Positions 1 through 13,500 of a DNA stretch of 64,000 nt are shown here, one piece after another. The stretch comes from a virus (taxonomy: Duplodnaviria > Caudoviricetes). A model generated the notes under the pieces. It made no database searches. It had not been told where the DNA came from and worked only from the letters and a program-made list of their open reading frames with translations. The stretch covers positions 32,001 to 96,000 of IMG/VR virus record IMGVR_UViG_3300031992_000042. The stretch is one strand, 5' to 3'. The position numbers and the translations under genes were made by a program. Each line of letters starts with the position of its first letter. Positions within the stretch are counted from its first letter, which is position 1.

Positions 1-247
1 TTTCTGTCTGCTTATCTTTAACTTCTCTAAAACGAATACGATAATCAGATACTAAAAAATCTAACCGATAATTTCTTTCTCCATTGCATTCAGAAGGTAA
101 ACAAAACTTTAATTGTTTAAATCCGTTTCTTTCTGTATTAACGTAAACATCATGTGCTTGCCCAACTATATCGTTAGTACTGTCATACAGGTTACACAAA
201 GCATGTCCTGCATAATCATATACGTCTAAACTTAAAGTTCTTTGCAT
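1..247 (-). CDS. Tail protein downstream of Dit (Tal/baseplate hub-like), N-terminal part only; runs off the window edge
   Basis: ATG at 247 with AAGGGAG RBS; frame MQRTLSLDVYDYAGHALCNLYD... is open to the edge; position after Dit and TMP. Confidence 0.55.
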   Translation of the reverse strand, partial: MQRTLSLDVYDYAGHALCNLYDSTNDIVGQAHDVYVNTERNGFKQLKFCLPSECNGERNYRLDFLVSDYRIRFREVKDKQTE

Positions 248-274
248 AACCTTAATACTCCCTTCTTGCAAAGA

Positions 275-1402
275 TTAAGAATAAGTAGGCTTATAAATAA
301 AAGAGAGTCTTTTAAGACTCGTTCCTTGTGTTGGTGTTATTGTTATTTCGTTCATAGAAACAATACTAGTCTTACATATTCCAGACATTTGTGTATTTTT
401 AGTTAACTCTAAAGTGTGTTTATCAATACATTTATTTATTTTATACCAGTCTCCAAAAGAATCGATTCCAATATATATGTATTTACCTATATACCACTCT
501 TTTTCTCCTTCTTCCTGATATAAAATATTCGTTGCAACAACAAGTGAGTTGTTGTAAGAAACGTATAAGTCGCGTAAAATAGGGAAGGCTGGTTCTAACT
601 CTATAAATCCATGATCATGATAAAGAAATGCAAGTGACTTGTTCCCATCTGAGTCTAAAACAGTCTTTCCGTTGATTCCATCTGTGTAAATATAATCATT
701 ATTATTTGTGTTGAATGCAACATACTTGCAAGATTGTTGCGTTGCATTGTTGTATATTGTAACGCCATTACCCGCTGTGCCAGAAATAATAATATCCACT
801 TTCGCTTTTTCTGTGCCCGGGTTATATAAAATAATAGACTTTTGAGATGAAATATTATTAAAAGTCATGTCAGGCACCATGTATGCTTTATCTAAAATAG
901 CAGTATTTTTCATCATATCAAAATGATGTGGATCAAAAATTTCACTGTAAAAAAGGTGCTTATGTGCAGCATCTTCGTTAGCATCATCTGTAACGTTATA
1001 ACCACGAGCATATGGATAATAAGCTTTCATCGTAATTGTAACAACACCATTCAAATAGTTATATATCTGGCTTATATCTGGATTTGCCGTTACAGTTGCA
1101 TAATAATAACACCATGGTCTGCGCTTAAAAATTAACATTCCTTTTCTACCAACCCTAAATAAATCTAAAGTTTTTGCTAATACGCCTTGGGCTATATGTT
1201 TTTCTTCGTAGTAGCATCTTAATGTAAAAACTTTGGGTTGTTTTGATGCGCCGTATGAGTAACCACCATCATGTCCTTCGAAAGTTTCTTCATGCATGTT
1301 GGATTCAGCCGGAGCATAAACATAGGTATCTTTGTTTTCTGGAGCATATTCTAATCCAATATCAAAAATATCTACTCCACAGAAAGAAAATCCGCCTTTC
1401 AT
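275..1402 (-). CDS. Distal tail protein (Dit-like)
   Basis: Directly follows TMP; FSFCG...G.DG...F.L.C...F.R.P...Y...T..A..PYA and YNPG motifs typical of siphophage Dit proteins. Confidence 0.7.
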   Translation of the reverse strand: MKGGFSFCGVDIFDIGLEYAPENKDTYVYAPAESNMHEETFEGHDGGYSYGASKQPKVFTLRCYYEEKHIAQGVLAKTLDLFRVGRKGMLIFKRRPWCYYYATVTANPDISQIYNYLNGVVTITMKAYYPYARGYNVTDDANEDAAHKHLFYSEIFDPHHFDMMKNTAILDKAYMVPDMTFNNISSQKSIILYNPGTEKAKVDIIISGTAGNGVTIYNNATQQSCKYVAFNTNNNDYIYTDGINGKTVLDSDGNKSLAFLYHDHGFIELEPAFPILRDLYVSYNNSLVVATNILYQEEGEKEWYIGKYIYIGIDSFGDWYKINKCIDKHTLELTKNTQMSGICKTSIVSMNEITITPTQGTSLKRLSFIYKPTYS

Positions 1403-1503
1403 ACGGTCACCACCTTTCTTTGTTTCTTTCCTTTATAGTCAACTTGGAAATGTCTTATTGTTAATGAAATGAAAAGAAATAATAATGATTTGAAAAGAAA
1501 GTA

Positions 1504-1532
1504 GGGAAGGGCGCAATAAAAGCGCCCTTCCC
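1504..1532 (-). terminator. Intrinsic terminator after the TMP gene
   Basis: GGGAAGGGCGC / GCGCCCTTCCC stem with a T-rich tail on the minus strand. Confidence 0.7.
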
Positions 1533-1540
1533 GAAGAATC

Positions 1541-4500
1541 TTAACCGAAAGCATAACCTGATAAATTTAATCCGTTGCGCTGTAATTCCTTTGTAAAAGC
1601 TTGTCCAACACGTTTTGCTAAGTTATCTACGTCTGCATCAGAGTTAATTTCGGCTTGGTTAATCGTAATGTTGATATCTCCTACATTTGTGTTGTTGTTA
1701 TACATAGACGGATCTATGTAAGACATGTATGGAGAATTCTTAACATAAGTAAATGTATCAAGCATAGAACGAAGAAGTTTAGTATCTGTTGAATCTAAGA
1801 AAGACTCGGGACGTTGCATAGTTCCATCAACCCAAGCAAGTCCTGTATAATCAATTAATCCACCATTGGCGTGAGGACCTTTTGTTTGACCTGTTATTTC
1901 ATAAAATTCTTGAAGTACTTTATTAGATTCTTCTATTGCTTTATTTGCTCTCTCGATTGTTGCGTTATAAGCTTGATCTATTTTATCGAACTCTGAAAGC
2001 TGATTTGTTTTTCTACTTTCTTCGTTTACTTTATTGTTTATCCCGATAATTTTATCTGCTTCTTCTTGGCTTGTAACAACTATCGGAACAGCAACAGCAC
2101 CATGAACATCTTCTTTCGCAAGTTGTTCGTTAATAGCTTCTAATGCTTCTTTTTCTGTTGCATATTCTTTTGTTTTTTGTCCTGCTCCAACGCCTGTATA
2201 TTTCTTTGCGCCAGGTCCTCCATTATCTCCATTCCCACTGTCTGCAGCAGAAGCGGATGATGTTTCTGTAACAGTAGGAGCAACATAATATAATCCTGAT
2301 AAATCTGCAAGACTTAATCCTTCTCCAGTAGAAAAATCAATTGTAGAAACATTAGAACTATCTAAGCCATAAACATCTGGAGCCTTTCCGTCTATTGTTT
2401 TAATATCGACTTTGAAAATGTTATCTTCAAGTTCGTCAATTTTAGAAACAACATCTGTTAACGTATGAGTGTGTTCATCAAATTCCGCACCCGTTTTAAC
2501 AGAGTTAATATAATTATCGTAGTATTCTCCCCATTGCTGTTCAAGAATCCTCATGGAATTTTTGTCGCCGTTTTCTTCATATAACCGATATGTCCTGTCA
2601 ATAGAACGCATATAATCCATATATGTATCTTTATCGCTAAGAACAGTTGTGATTAATTGGTAGTTAGAATCAATAATATCGTTAGCTTTTTTCCATGTAT
2701 CTTCCCAGCCTTGAATCATTTGCTTTTGAGCGTCTGGTAGACTCTTCATAAAGGCTTCATTTTCTTTGCTCATAAACTCAAGAATCTTATTGTAGGATTC
2801 TTCGAACGATCCAGAAAGAATTTCGTTCATTTCTGTTGCAAAGTTATTTGCATCACCAAGAATCTCGTTTAAAAGTTCTTCGTTGTATTGAACAAATTTG
2901 TCCATGCCTTCCATTTGATCGTCGATACGTTCAGACTCAGCAGCTACTTCATCTTCGGCAACAGTCCAAGCATTTTCTTTTTCAAGCTCCTCAATTTTAC
3001 GACGAAGTTCTTTTGCGTCTTTAGTACGAGTAGGATCAGCTTCAATTAAAGCTAATTGCTGTCTGTACTCTGCAAGTTCCTCGTCTTTGTCTGCTTGCTC
3101 GGAAGCCTTTTTACGATAATTAAACCGTTCATTAATCAAACTCTTGTATTCTGCAAGGTTTTCTTTTTCTTTTTCTATGTCTTTCTTTTTAAGATTCCAT
3201 TCATCTTGTAAGCGTTTCTTAAGAAGATTGACAATAGTATCTTGCATAGAAACATTAGCAGAAAGAATTTCGCGCTGACGTTTCTTTTCTGCTTCAATTT
3301 CTTTATCGACAGCATCTTCTAACGTCTTACGAACTTGCATAATCTTCTTTTTATTTTCTTCAAGAAGCTTGTTATTTTTATCAATTTGCGTATTCTCTTG
3401 TTCTATTGCTTCTTCATGTTTCTTAATCTGCTCAACAATACGCTTTTCTTGTTCTTGATCATCCTTAAATAATTCTTTTTGCTTTTCAAGTTCGATAATC
3501 TCGTCTTGAAGAACTTTAACTCTGTTTCCACGAAGATTGTTCTCTTCTTCGATCATCGTGTTTACGTTAGTTAATTCACCATTGTTCTGGTAAACACTAG
3601 TTTGATACCCAAGAAGCTTAATATTATGATCATATTCAGAAGCGCCCCAGTCTTGATCCTCAAACAATTTATCTAAAGCAACTTTATTAATTTCACGCTG
3701 TTTCTGAGATTGTTCTAATAAGAATTTCTGATACTCAGATTCAGCTTCGTTAATAGCATCTAAAAGTTGCCGTTGTGTTTCTGGATCAAGTGTTTTGCTA
3801 GCCATACCTTCTTGATAAGTTTTATTTAAAGCGTCAAGTTTTTCTTTAGCTTCGTTTGTTAAACTACCAAGGTTATCCATATATCGACTCATAGCTTCCA
3901 TATAAGCTTCATTATCTTTAAGACTAAGATATTCTTGCGCCTGTTGAGATAATAATTCGTTCACATGTGAAAGTTCACGAGTCTGATCTGAATAATCTTC
4001 GTTTATTTTATCTATGTTACTTTGAGTCAAAGCTTTGTTAAGTTCAATTTGAGACAATTCTGCCTGAGCAACAGCTTCAGAATACTGATATACAGCTGCT
4101 TGGGCTTCATACCATGAAGTAGAACCTTCTTCAAGAGTTTCCATCTGTTTACGAGCAGAGGCTTCAGCTTTCATATTCTCTGCAATAATTGCAGCAGTAC
4201 TCTTTTGCTGTTCACGAATCATGTTTTCGTATTCATTTCTATAACCGCTTGATTGATAGAAATTACCATAAGCAGAAGCAATATTTTGATTATGGTTTGC
4301 TGTTTGAGTATCTTGCTGAAGAATTTTGGCAATTTGAGAAAGTTTTTGCTGATTTAGTTCAAGTTGTTCTTGTACTAATTGATTATCAAGTTCAGCGTTT
4401 TCTTCTTCAAGAGCATATATTTTATCTCTAACTTCTCTCCACTGATCAGAGTCAGCTTCCCATTGCTTAAGCTCATTCTTCCATTCTTCGATTTGAGCAT

Positions 4501-7500
4501 CGTTTTCTGTGCGCTGAGTTTGTATTTCAGACATTTTCTGTTCTGTTAATTGCACATAATCACTAAACCGATCTTGAGCCAATGCTCTTTCAGCATAAGA
4601 ACTGAGCATGTTTTGTTTATGGGTTCCTGATTTATCAGTTTCTTCTTGGGTTTCTTGTACGAACTCAATTCTCTTTGCTTTAGCTTCAGCAATTTCATTA
4701 TTATAATTAGCCAAAGATTCTTTTGCTGCGTTAATCTTTTCTGTAAGTTGCATGTACTTATCAGAAGTTTTATCTAATCCATTTTGCTGCTCTTCCATTT
4801 TTGCGATGTTTTCTGTTTGCGCAGCTCTCATCTTTTCAATAACAGCTACTTCGTTATCTATAGATGAAACAAATGCATCTCTATTATTTAATCTATTAGC
4901 GGTCGCTTGTTCAATTTGCGTCATCTTACGCTCATGTTCAAGCTCTTTCATCTTAAATTCTATTTCTTTAAGAAGTTTCGTTAACGGATCTACTCCACCA
5001 CCACTAGATTTTTTAGTATAACTAGTTTTACCTGTCATCGCTACAGCAACTTCATTAGCTAAAGCTAGTTGTTGAAGCTTTGATTTATCCATATTTATTA
5101 AATTTGCAAAAGCTTCACCGTATGTTTTATATCCTCCGCTTGCAATAACAGATTGCGCTTTAACAGTATCTCCACCTGCAGCAGCAACAGCAACAGAAGC
5201 AACTAATGGATTTTCTTTGCAATATGTATTCCATTGTTCTACTACTTTTGCTTGATCAGATTTTAAATTCGATGTATCAATAGTTAAATCAGTATTAAAC
5301 TTAACTTTAGATCTATCACTTTCCGGCATTATTTCATACAATTTATCTAAAGTATCTGTTAAAATTTTCTTTGCGTTTTTAAGCTCTTTTTTATCTACTA
5401 ATTTTTCTATATTGCCAGAACCTGTATCATATCCTGCAAGACCAAACAAGATAGGGAAGTTAACTTTGATATAATCATCTTTTACAACTTTGTTCAGAAT
5501 AGACTCAATATTACTCCACTTATCTTTAAATTCTTGTTCTAATCCTTCTGTAGCACTAGACAGATCAATAGTTCCGTCTTCTTTGAATATTATTTTTGAA
5601 TAATCAATTTTTGCACCAGACGATTCTACAAGAGCAACAAGTTCATTCTGAATATTTTGTACATTCTTTTTTTCTTGCGCTGCCGCAAGGGCTGACACTT
5701 GTTCTTTTGTAAGATTGTCAAGATCAGCTTTCTTTAAACCTGTCGCAGATAAGAAATATGATCTATCGTCGCCTTTTATTTGTTTGCCTGCTTTATCCTT
5801 AACTTTGTTTAACGCAACAAGTTCATTATATTGTTGGCTAAGCGTAGCATCTAACTCAACCATTGCAAGTTCAGTTTCGATACCGCCTTTGCCAAGGTCA
5901 ACAAGTATTTCTTTAAAATCTTTTGATACTTCTGTATATTTCAACATTTCATCTAAGCGTTCGCTATCAAAAGTTTTAAAGAACTCATCAAGTGCTTTTT
6001 GAGCAGATGTTAAATCATTATTTGAAAATGCTTGTAATGCATCTTGAAGCTCAGAGTAATTATTAGCAAGAATAGACCATAAAGTATAAGTTCCACTTTC
6101 TGTATCTTTCGTTGCAGCAAGCATCGAAGCTCCAATTTGATCTATTTTTGATTTATCAAACTTACCAAGATCATTTACGTTTTCACCAAATAAACGACTT
6201 AATAATGAACGATTAAGATCGTATTTGTATTTACCACCAGATATCTGAGCATTATCATATAGTTCAAGTAAATCAGGAGCGGCTTCATTCAAACCAACTC
6301 TGGTGGCATTCCAATATTCAGCCATTATAGCAGGATCAAGACTATGCCTTTTTGCAATTTCATTTAATGCGTCAGCGTAGCTGCGTTGTTTGCTGTGCCT
6401 TCCCGTAGAATCGTAATATATATCATACTCTGAATTTACAATTTTATTAATTTCATCCTGATATTGTTGTATCCAACTTGCAGCTCTAGCAGTTCGTGTC
6501 TGTTTTTCGTAATCTTCTAATCCTTGTTCGTAATAGTCTCCGGCTTGAGTTGTACGTTGTCCATTAATTTCTGCACTAACAACATGACCTTCTGCATCAA
6601 CTATTAGATTGGTCAAAGAACCAATTAATGAGTCTATTGAGTCATATAATTCAGGCTGTTCTGCTAATACTTTTGCTCTTAACTGATCTGCCCAATTAGC
6701 ATCGCTAAGATTAATACTGAACGATTTGGCAAACTCTTCAATCATTTTGCCTGTTTTATCGTTTAACATTTTTTGAAGATCCTGCTTGCCTTTGTCGGAC
6801 TTAATAAGATCTTTTATATCTTTATCCTCAAGACCTAAAATAGACGCTAAAGCATTACGATCCTCAGCTGTAGATACTCCAGCATTAAGAGCAGCTTGAG
6901 CATTTGCTAAACTCTTTTGTTGTTGAATGTACGGGTTTATCATACCCATACGTTCAGTTAAAGAACCTTCTGTCCAAGCGATATAATTCTGAAGTAATTT
7001 AGAAGCGTTTTTATCTTCTGAAAATTTAAAATTATATTTGGTAGTTTCTTCTTCTAAATTCCTATTAAAATTCTCAATAATGTTGAGCTGCTCTTGATTA
7101 GCTGCTTCACCAGCTAATCTAGCTGTAATATATTTTTCGATATCTGAATATCCATATGCTTTTAAAATTTCTGGAGATTTTTGCAATGTTCTCAAGTCTT
7201 TGTCAGACATTGTTTGCAGCTCGGATAAATGTGCTAATTGCTGTGTTTTAGTTAAACCTTCTTGTCCGCTTATTAGATTTGAAATTATTTCTTGCATATA
7301 AGCTGATTCAAATCTATTAAGGTTATCTTTTCCACCTCTAAAATACTTGTTAGCAATATTAGCACCTGCAATCTCAGAAACTAATGCTATTTCATCTTCG
7401 CCCATTACTTGTTCTAAACGATCTATCCAGCCAGATTCTTTTATAAATTGATCTCTAGTTGTTGCAAATGGATGTGCTGCGTTCCATTGCTGAATAGCCT

Positions 7501-10500
7501 CTGGCGTGTCTTTTGCGTAACCAAGATCTTTTTCACGCTGTTCTTTTATTTTATTTTGATAATTTTGATAATCTATGTCTATAGCTTTTTGTTGTAAGTC
7601 ATAAGATAAGTAATATCCATCTTCTAATTTATCTATTGCTTTACTTAACTTATCGCCTTTCTCTACATTAGACAAATTTCTTTGGTTGTACTCGCCAGAA
7701 GTTGATAATAATGCGTCGATATATTGTTGATACAATTCATCGCCGTTTAAAATTTTTCCAGAAGTTTCGTCACGTTGTATTCTTAGTGCTAATTTAGCAA
7801 AATCTTCACTTTGGTTAAGAATTTCCCAGTTACCAATATCTTCTTTAACTACATAATCATATAAACTTTGTAAATCGTTTAGACCGTTATCTAGAATCAT
7901 TTCATACATACGGGTAGCAATAAGAGGAAGTTGGTTCTTACTTTCCCACGTATTATATGTTGACTGTGCTTGTGCTCTAAAATGATCTTTGTATGCAGAA
8001 AAATCAGGTTTAATACTTTGTTCTGGTGCTTCCAAATCTTCAATAAAGTTTACAAGATCATCTGTTGTATTATTCATAAAATCAAAGAAATTACCTGTAA
8101 ACTTAATACCAGCAGAATATAATTTATTATTCAGCTTATTGATTGCTTTCTTTTGATCTTCTTCGGATATACCTTCTGAACTACGATATTCAGCTTCTAT
8201 ATCATTGTATGCTTTTTCAAACTTGGTAATCCTATCGTTGTATGTGTCGATTTGTTTTTCAGCTTGTTCTGACGTTAAATATTGACCAGTTTTATTATCG
8301 TAATAATATCCGTTTTGAATATAATCTAAATTTGCACTTTCAAATTTCTTTGCTTTTTCGTTTTTGTTATATCCTATTTCTTTTAAACGGTTTCTTGCGC
8401 TTTCAGCAATAGAATCAATAGTATAATTATCTTGTGACAAACTAAGTGCATCAGAAATATAACTAAAGAAATCCCCACCATTTTCAAGATATCTATTTGT
8501 TAGATCTTCAGCTAAAGCTTCGATTTCATTTTCATCTAAAGGCAAAGCCATATCGGATAGATATTGTATATAATTTTCCTTAGCAACTGTCTGCCGCTTT
8601 ACAGTTGGTGTATACGTATGCGACCAATAATCTTGCATTAACGTATATAATGCATCTGTTGCACTACCAGAAGCAAAATCAGTATGCCAACCTCCATTAT
8701 TCCAACTGTTAATAAACGCATTTTTCAGATTTTCATCACTTACGTTATAATCTCTTTTAATTTTTTCGAAGGCGTCAGAACTACTAATTTCATTATATAA
8801 ATTAAGTAATTGTCCTTGGACATACGTTGGTGCACCTTTGCCTTCCCTCAGCAAAGCGTTCATCGTTTCAGTATTATATTCGCCTGCAAACAATGTTTGC
8901 AACGCCTGACTACCTAGATTTGCTTCGTTTTCTTCATCTTCTCTAACGGCTTTATTTATCTCATCTTCGATTAATTTATTAGTTTTATTTCTATTACGAA
9001 TCATCTCACGAACTCTTGAAAGGTCATTCTTATCGCTCGCTTGCTGAATAATGTTTTCTGCATTCTGCCTTCTTTGTTCGTTTGTCTGTTTATTTACGGT
9101 ATCGAGATCTCCAGATTCAACAGTAATCGATAGGTTACGAAGAAGCCTATCGTATTCTTTTTCTTCTTCTTCTGATCTGTTGTCTCCCTTATTAAATAAA
9201 GTTCTAGCTTTTTCGACTTCTTCGTTTCTTGAATTATATCTATTGTTAATATTATCAATTATCTCTTGATATTGCTCTTCTGAAGACTTTTGGTTTCCAA
9301 TAGCAGATACAATGGCAGCAATGCCTAATCCGGCGGCTGCGACTCCAGCGCCAACTAAAGATCCAGACTTTAACCCTCCCATTATCATCAAAGAAGGTAA
9401 AATGCCCGCTAAGGTAACGCCAAGTCCACCTAAAGAATTATTTGCTTTATCTATTCCTTCTATAAAATTAGTGAGGAATCCTAATCCGCCCGTCAACGCA
9501 CCGCTATCTGTCATATCATGGACCAGTCCGTCCCATGTGTTTCTTAAATCTGTTAACGATGCATTTAAGGATTTTGTATAGATCTCATACTTTCTGTCTG
9601 TTATTCCTTCAGATTCTCCTGCTAATTGTAAATATTCACCAACTTTACCTTCTGACATACCAGACATAATAGCGGCAAAGTTAGAATACTGTCTTGTGCC
9701 AGCTATTGCGTTAGCAAATTGCTGTTGTTTAGCATCAGATAAGCTCTCCCATTTTTGAGATAACGCGAACAATGTATCAAACGAACTACGTTTATTTCCG
9801 TATTCGTCGTACATTCTTATGCCTTCTTCTTCAAGAAGCTTTGCAACAGCAGAACCACTTACAGCATTACCATTTTCGTCGTAGATAAGTTCGTTTGTTC
9901 CGATCTTATTCATACGTCCAAAAATAGTATTTAATGTACGACCTGCTACATTACCACCTATTTGAGTAGTAGATGTGATAGCAGTTAACATAGCTGAAAG
10001 CTGTGCAAAAGTAGTTCCGTCTGCGGCAGCAGCTGCACCAGCCTTTTCAATGCCTTTTTCGATTTCTGCGGCATTTGTAGCGGCATTATCGCCCAATGCA
10101 GTAACTATATCTGCGGCTTGTTCTGCCTGAGAAACAAGACCTGTATTCATTGCGACAGTAATAAGCTTTGTTGCGGCATCTACTTTTGTACCGGAAACTT
10201 TAGAGAATTTAGAAATAACACCAAGACGTTCATCTACTTCTTGATCACTTAATCCTTGACGATAAAGTGTAGCAGCGGACTGAGTAATCTCAGCTACTGA
10301 TACTTTCATTTCTTTAGCTTTATCGATTAATGTATCTCCAAGGGTAGAAATTTGTTCATCTGTTTTTAGAGTGATCATCTGAATAGTGTTCATCGACGCA
10401 TCAAACTGTTTTACAAAGTTTGTTGTCTCTGAAATTGCAGACTGGAACAAACGTCTGGTAAACATGTTGGACATATATCCAAACGTTGATTTAAACTCTG

Positions 10501-13500
10501 TTTTAAGAATTTTGGCACCCTGACCAAGAGCAATCATTGCTGGATTAGCTCTTCTTTCAAGCTGGTCTAACCCTTCATTTATCCTATCGTATTCATTTTT
10601 GGAATATTGACCTTCATTATACTGGTTACCAACTTGCTTTCTAAGAGTATTTATCTCTTGTTTTCTTGCGGCTGAAATAACAGATAAAGAATTTTTACTC
10701 TTTAAGCCTTGTTTTATCTGTAATGACTCTAAAGCCAGTCTGCCAGCCGTCTCGTTTTGTGTTGTGTATTCAGCTGCTAAACTTGCTCTAGCATCTTGAG
10801 CATTTGCAATACGTTGGTTAGCGACTTTAATAGCATCTTCGTATTGCTTTTGGTATGCAGAATCAACCAAACCTTTATCAAGACGGTTTTGCATCCACGT
10901 AATACCATTTTGCTGCTTGGATATTCTTTCATCATATTTATTTAGTGTCTCTTTTTGTTTGCTTAAACCAAAACCGTTTAATTCTTTTGTAATATCATCT
11001 TCAAGCTGTTTAGCATCAAGCATTATTCCGTTTGTAAAACTTTTATGCATGTTTTCAGTAACTTTATCTCTTGCTTGTGCTATCTGAGACATCCAAGCCG
11101 AACGTTGATCTTCTAAATCTTTTGTTCCTGTAAAAGCTGCATCAGATGCAAGTTCTTCTTCAAGAGCGTTTAAGGGTTGTAAATTTTCAAAAGTACGATA
11201 TTGTAAATAATTATATTGACGTTCTGCCAATGTCTTTTCATCATTTAATTTATTCTCTTTTCCTCTTTGCTCTCTCCAAAGTTCGTCCCCATAGGTTCTT
11301 GTGTCTGATAATATCTGGTTAAACCTATTTCCTACTTCTAAAGCATGTTCATATTTACTTAAATCTGCAAGAACTTTTTCTCTTTGTTCTGTTTGCTCTG
11401 CTTTTTTAGGCGTTTGCGGTCCCCATATCGCGTCAGCACTTTCAGACTGGTTTGTAGACGTCCCGCCTTGAATAGGCATACTTGCAGAACCCGAAGCTTT
11501 TGGATTTTCAACATAAACCAAATTGCCAGTATTTTTATCTTCATAAACAATATTGCCTTTTTCATCTCTGATGATATTATTGTTAGCAACAATTGCAGTT
11601 TCTGGTTTTGCAGGTTCTTTCGGTTGTTCTGGTTCTTTAAATGCCTCAGCCTGTTTGCGAAGCTCAACAACTTTTGATACAAGTGTTTGTCCTACAGCAT
11701 CTGTTGCATTTACAAAATTAGTTCTAAAGTCATCGCCATATGTACGAACAAGATCGCTTTCAAGCATACCGAATTGATCTATGGCGTTTCTTGCAGTTCT
11801 AATACCATATCTGGCTTCTTGTGCTTTAGCCCACTGCTCTTTAGTGTCATAGGCTTTATCGCCTAACATGAATTTACCAGTAGTTGGATCTCTATAATCA
11901 TCTGCAGCTAACGTCAATTCAGCAGCAGCAGCATTTATTAAGCCTTGAATATATTGACCTTCATCATTTGTAATATAAGCTCTCTCGCCTGTGCCAAATT
12001 GATGATGAAGCATACGCATCGTCTGCATCAGTTTGATGCGTTCAGGACCAGCATCACCATATCCGAGCTGTTTATCCATTGCTTCATATATAGCATCCAT
12101 TTGAGTGGGATCAACATTGCCTGTGCGATAAAGCTGGTTTGCTTGAGCAATAGCCATCATATGGTTTGACATATATCTAGAAGGCAAGTTAATTTCATCG
12201 ATGCCCATATCTCTAAGGGCTCTTAAATTGATATATTCTCCATTGGATGCTTTATATATATCTGGATGACTCGCATCTATATACGTACCTTCACGAGTTT
12301 TTACAGCGTTTTTACGATCTGGGGATACGATCATGTCTTCGTCAAACTTAAACAGATCTGTACGCTTTTCTGAGAATTTAGTATATTCTTTACCTAAACC
12401 TAAAGCAGCCCAAACAGGATCATCTTTTTCTAAAGTATAAGTTTGTGCTTTTTTAGGAGTAGAACCAATATCATATATACCTGCCATTCTCTGAGCCGCA
12501 TATACAAGCGCTTGGTTTTCTGGTCTTGAATAGTCGACCTGCATTATTCTGATACCAGAAGAACCTGTACCCATTGGCATAGTCGCATACAAATTGCGTT
12601 CTGCTTGAAGTCTATTTTGAACAGACCAGCTCTTTAATTGTTCTGGCGTATATACAATATCTTCACCTTTAACATCCGAGTCTTTGTATGCACCCATTCG
12701 TTTTAAAGAAGCTTGTACCGCATCGGCAAGTTCTTTATCGTAAATTGCTTTTACTTGGTCTGCATCGTAGTCCATGCCTTGAAGAATTCGTCTATCTTTT
12801 TCAGAAACATACATTCCTGTAGAAGTTGATATGCCAAATCCTTTATAAATAGGTTCTGCGTCAGCTGCCAAATTCTGCGCATAGTACATATTGCCGTATC
12901 CAGTAGGAGAGCGAACAACCGCTACATTGGCTTGATCTTTTCTGTTAAAGTCAAGCACTTTACCTTGCGGTAAAATGATCATATCTCGAATATCTTGGTC
13001 GGATAATCGAGCGTTTGCTTCTTTGTCTAAATATGAGCGAGCTTTCGCAATAGACGCATCTGGAACAGTCCCATCTTTAGCCAACAATATCGTCGCTAAA
13101 GGGCTTGCTGCAGCGCGAAGGTTTGCAATTTTGTCATCGTTGTCAAAGTTGATATATTTACCAGCAATTAAGTCGTTGTAAAGAGAAGCTCGCATATTAT
13201 CAATTCGTGAACGAGCTTCTGTTGACGCTAATAACTGTGAATTGCCACCGAATAAAGGATTAACCTTTCGACTTAGATAGTCTTCTTTATTGCCGAATAC
13301 ATATTTCAACTGACCTTCTTCGGTATCAAGTTCTTGCATTCGCCTCATTGCCATTTCAATTTGATGTTGTCTTAATTCAGGAGAAAACATCATAAAAGAC
13401 GACATCTGAGTACCTAAGTTATCTGAAGCAACTTGATCTAAGTCATAGTCAGCATGATAACTCATAGGATGACGCTGTAATAATGCGGTGAACCTTCTAC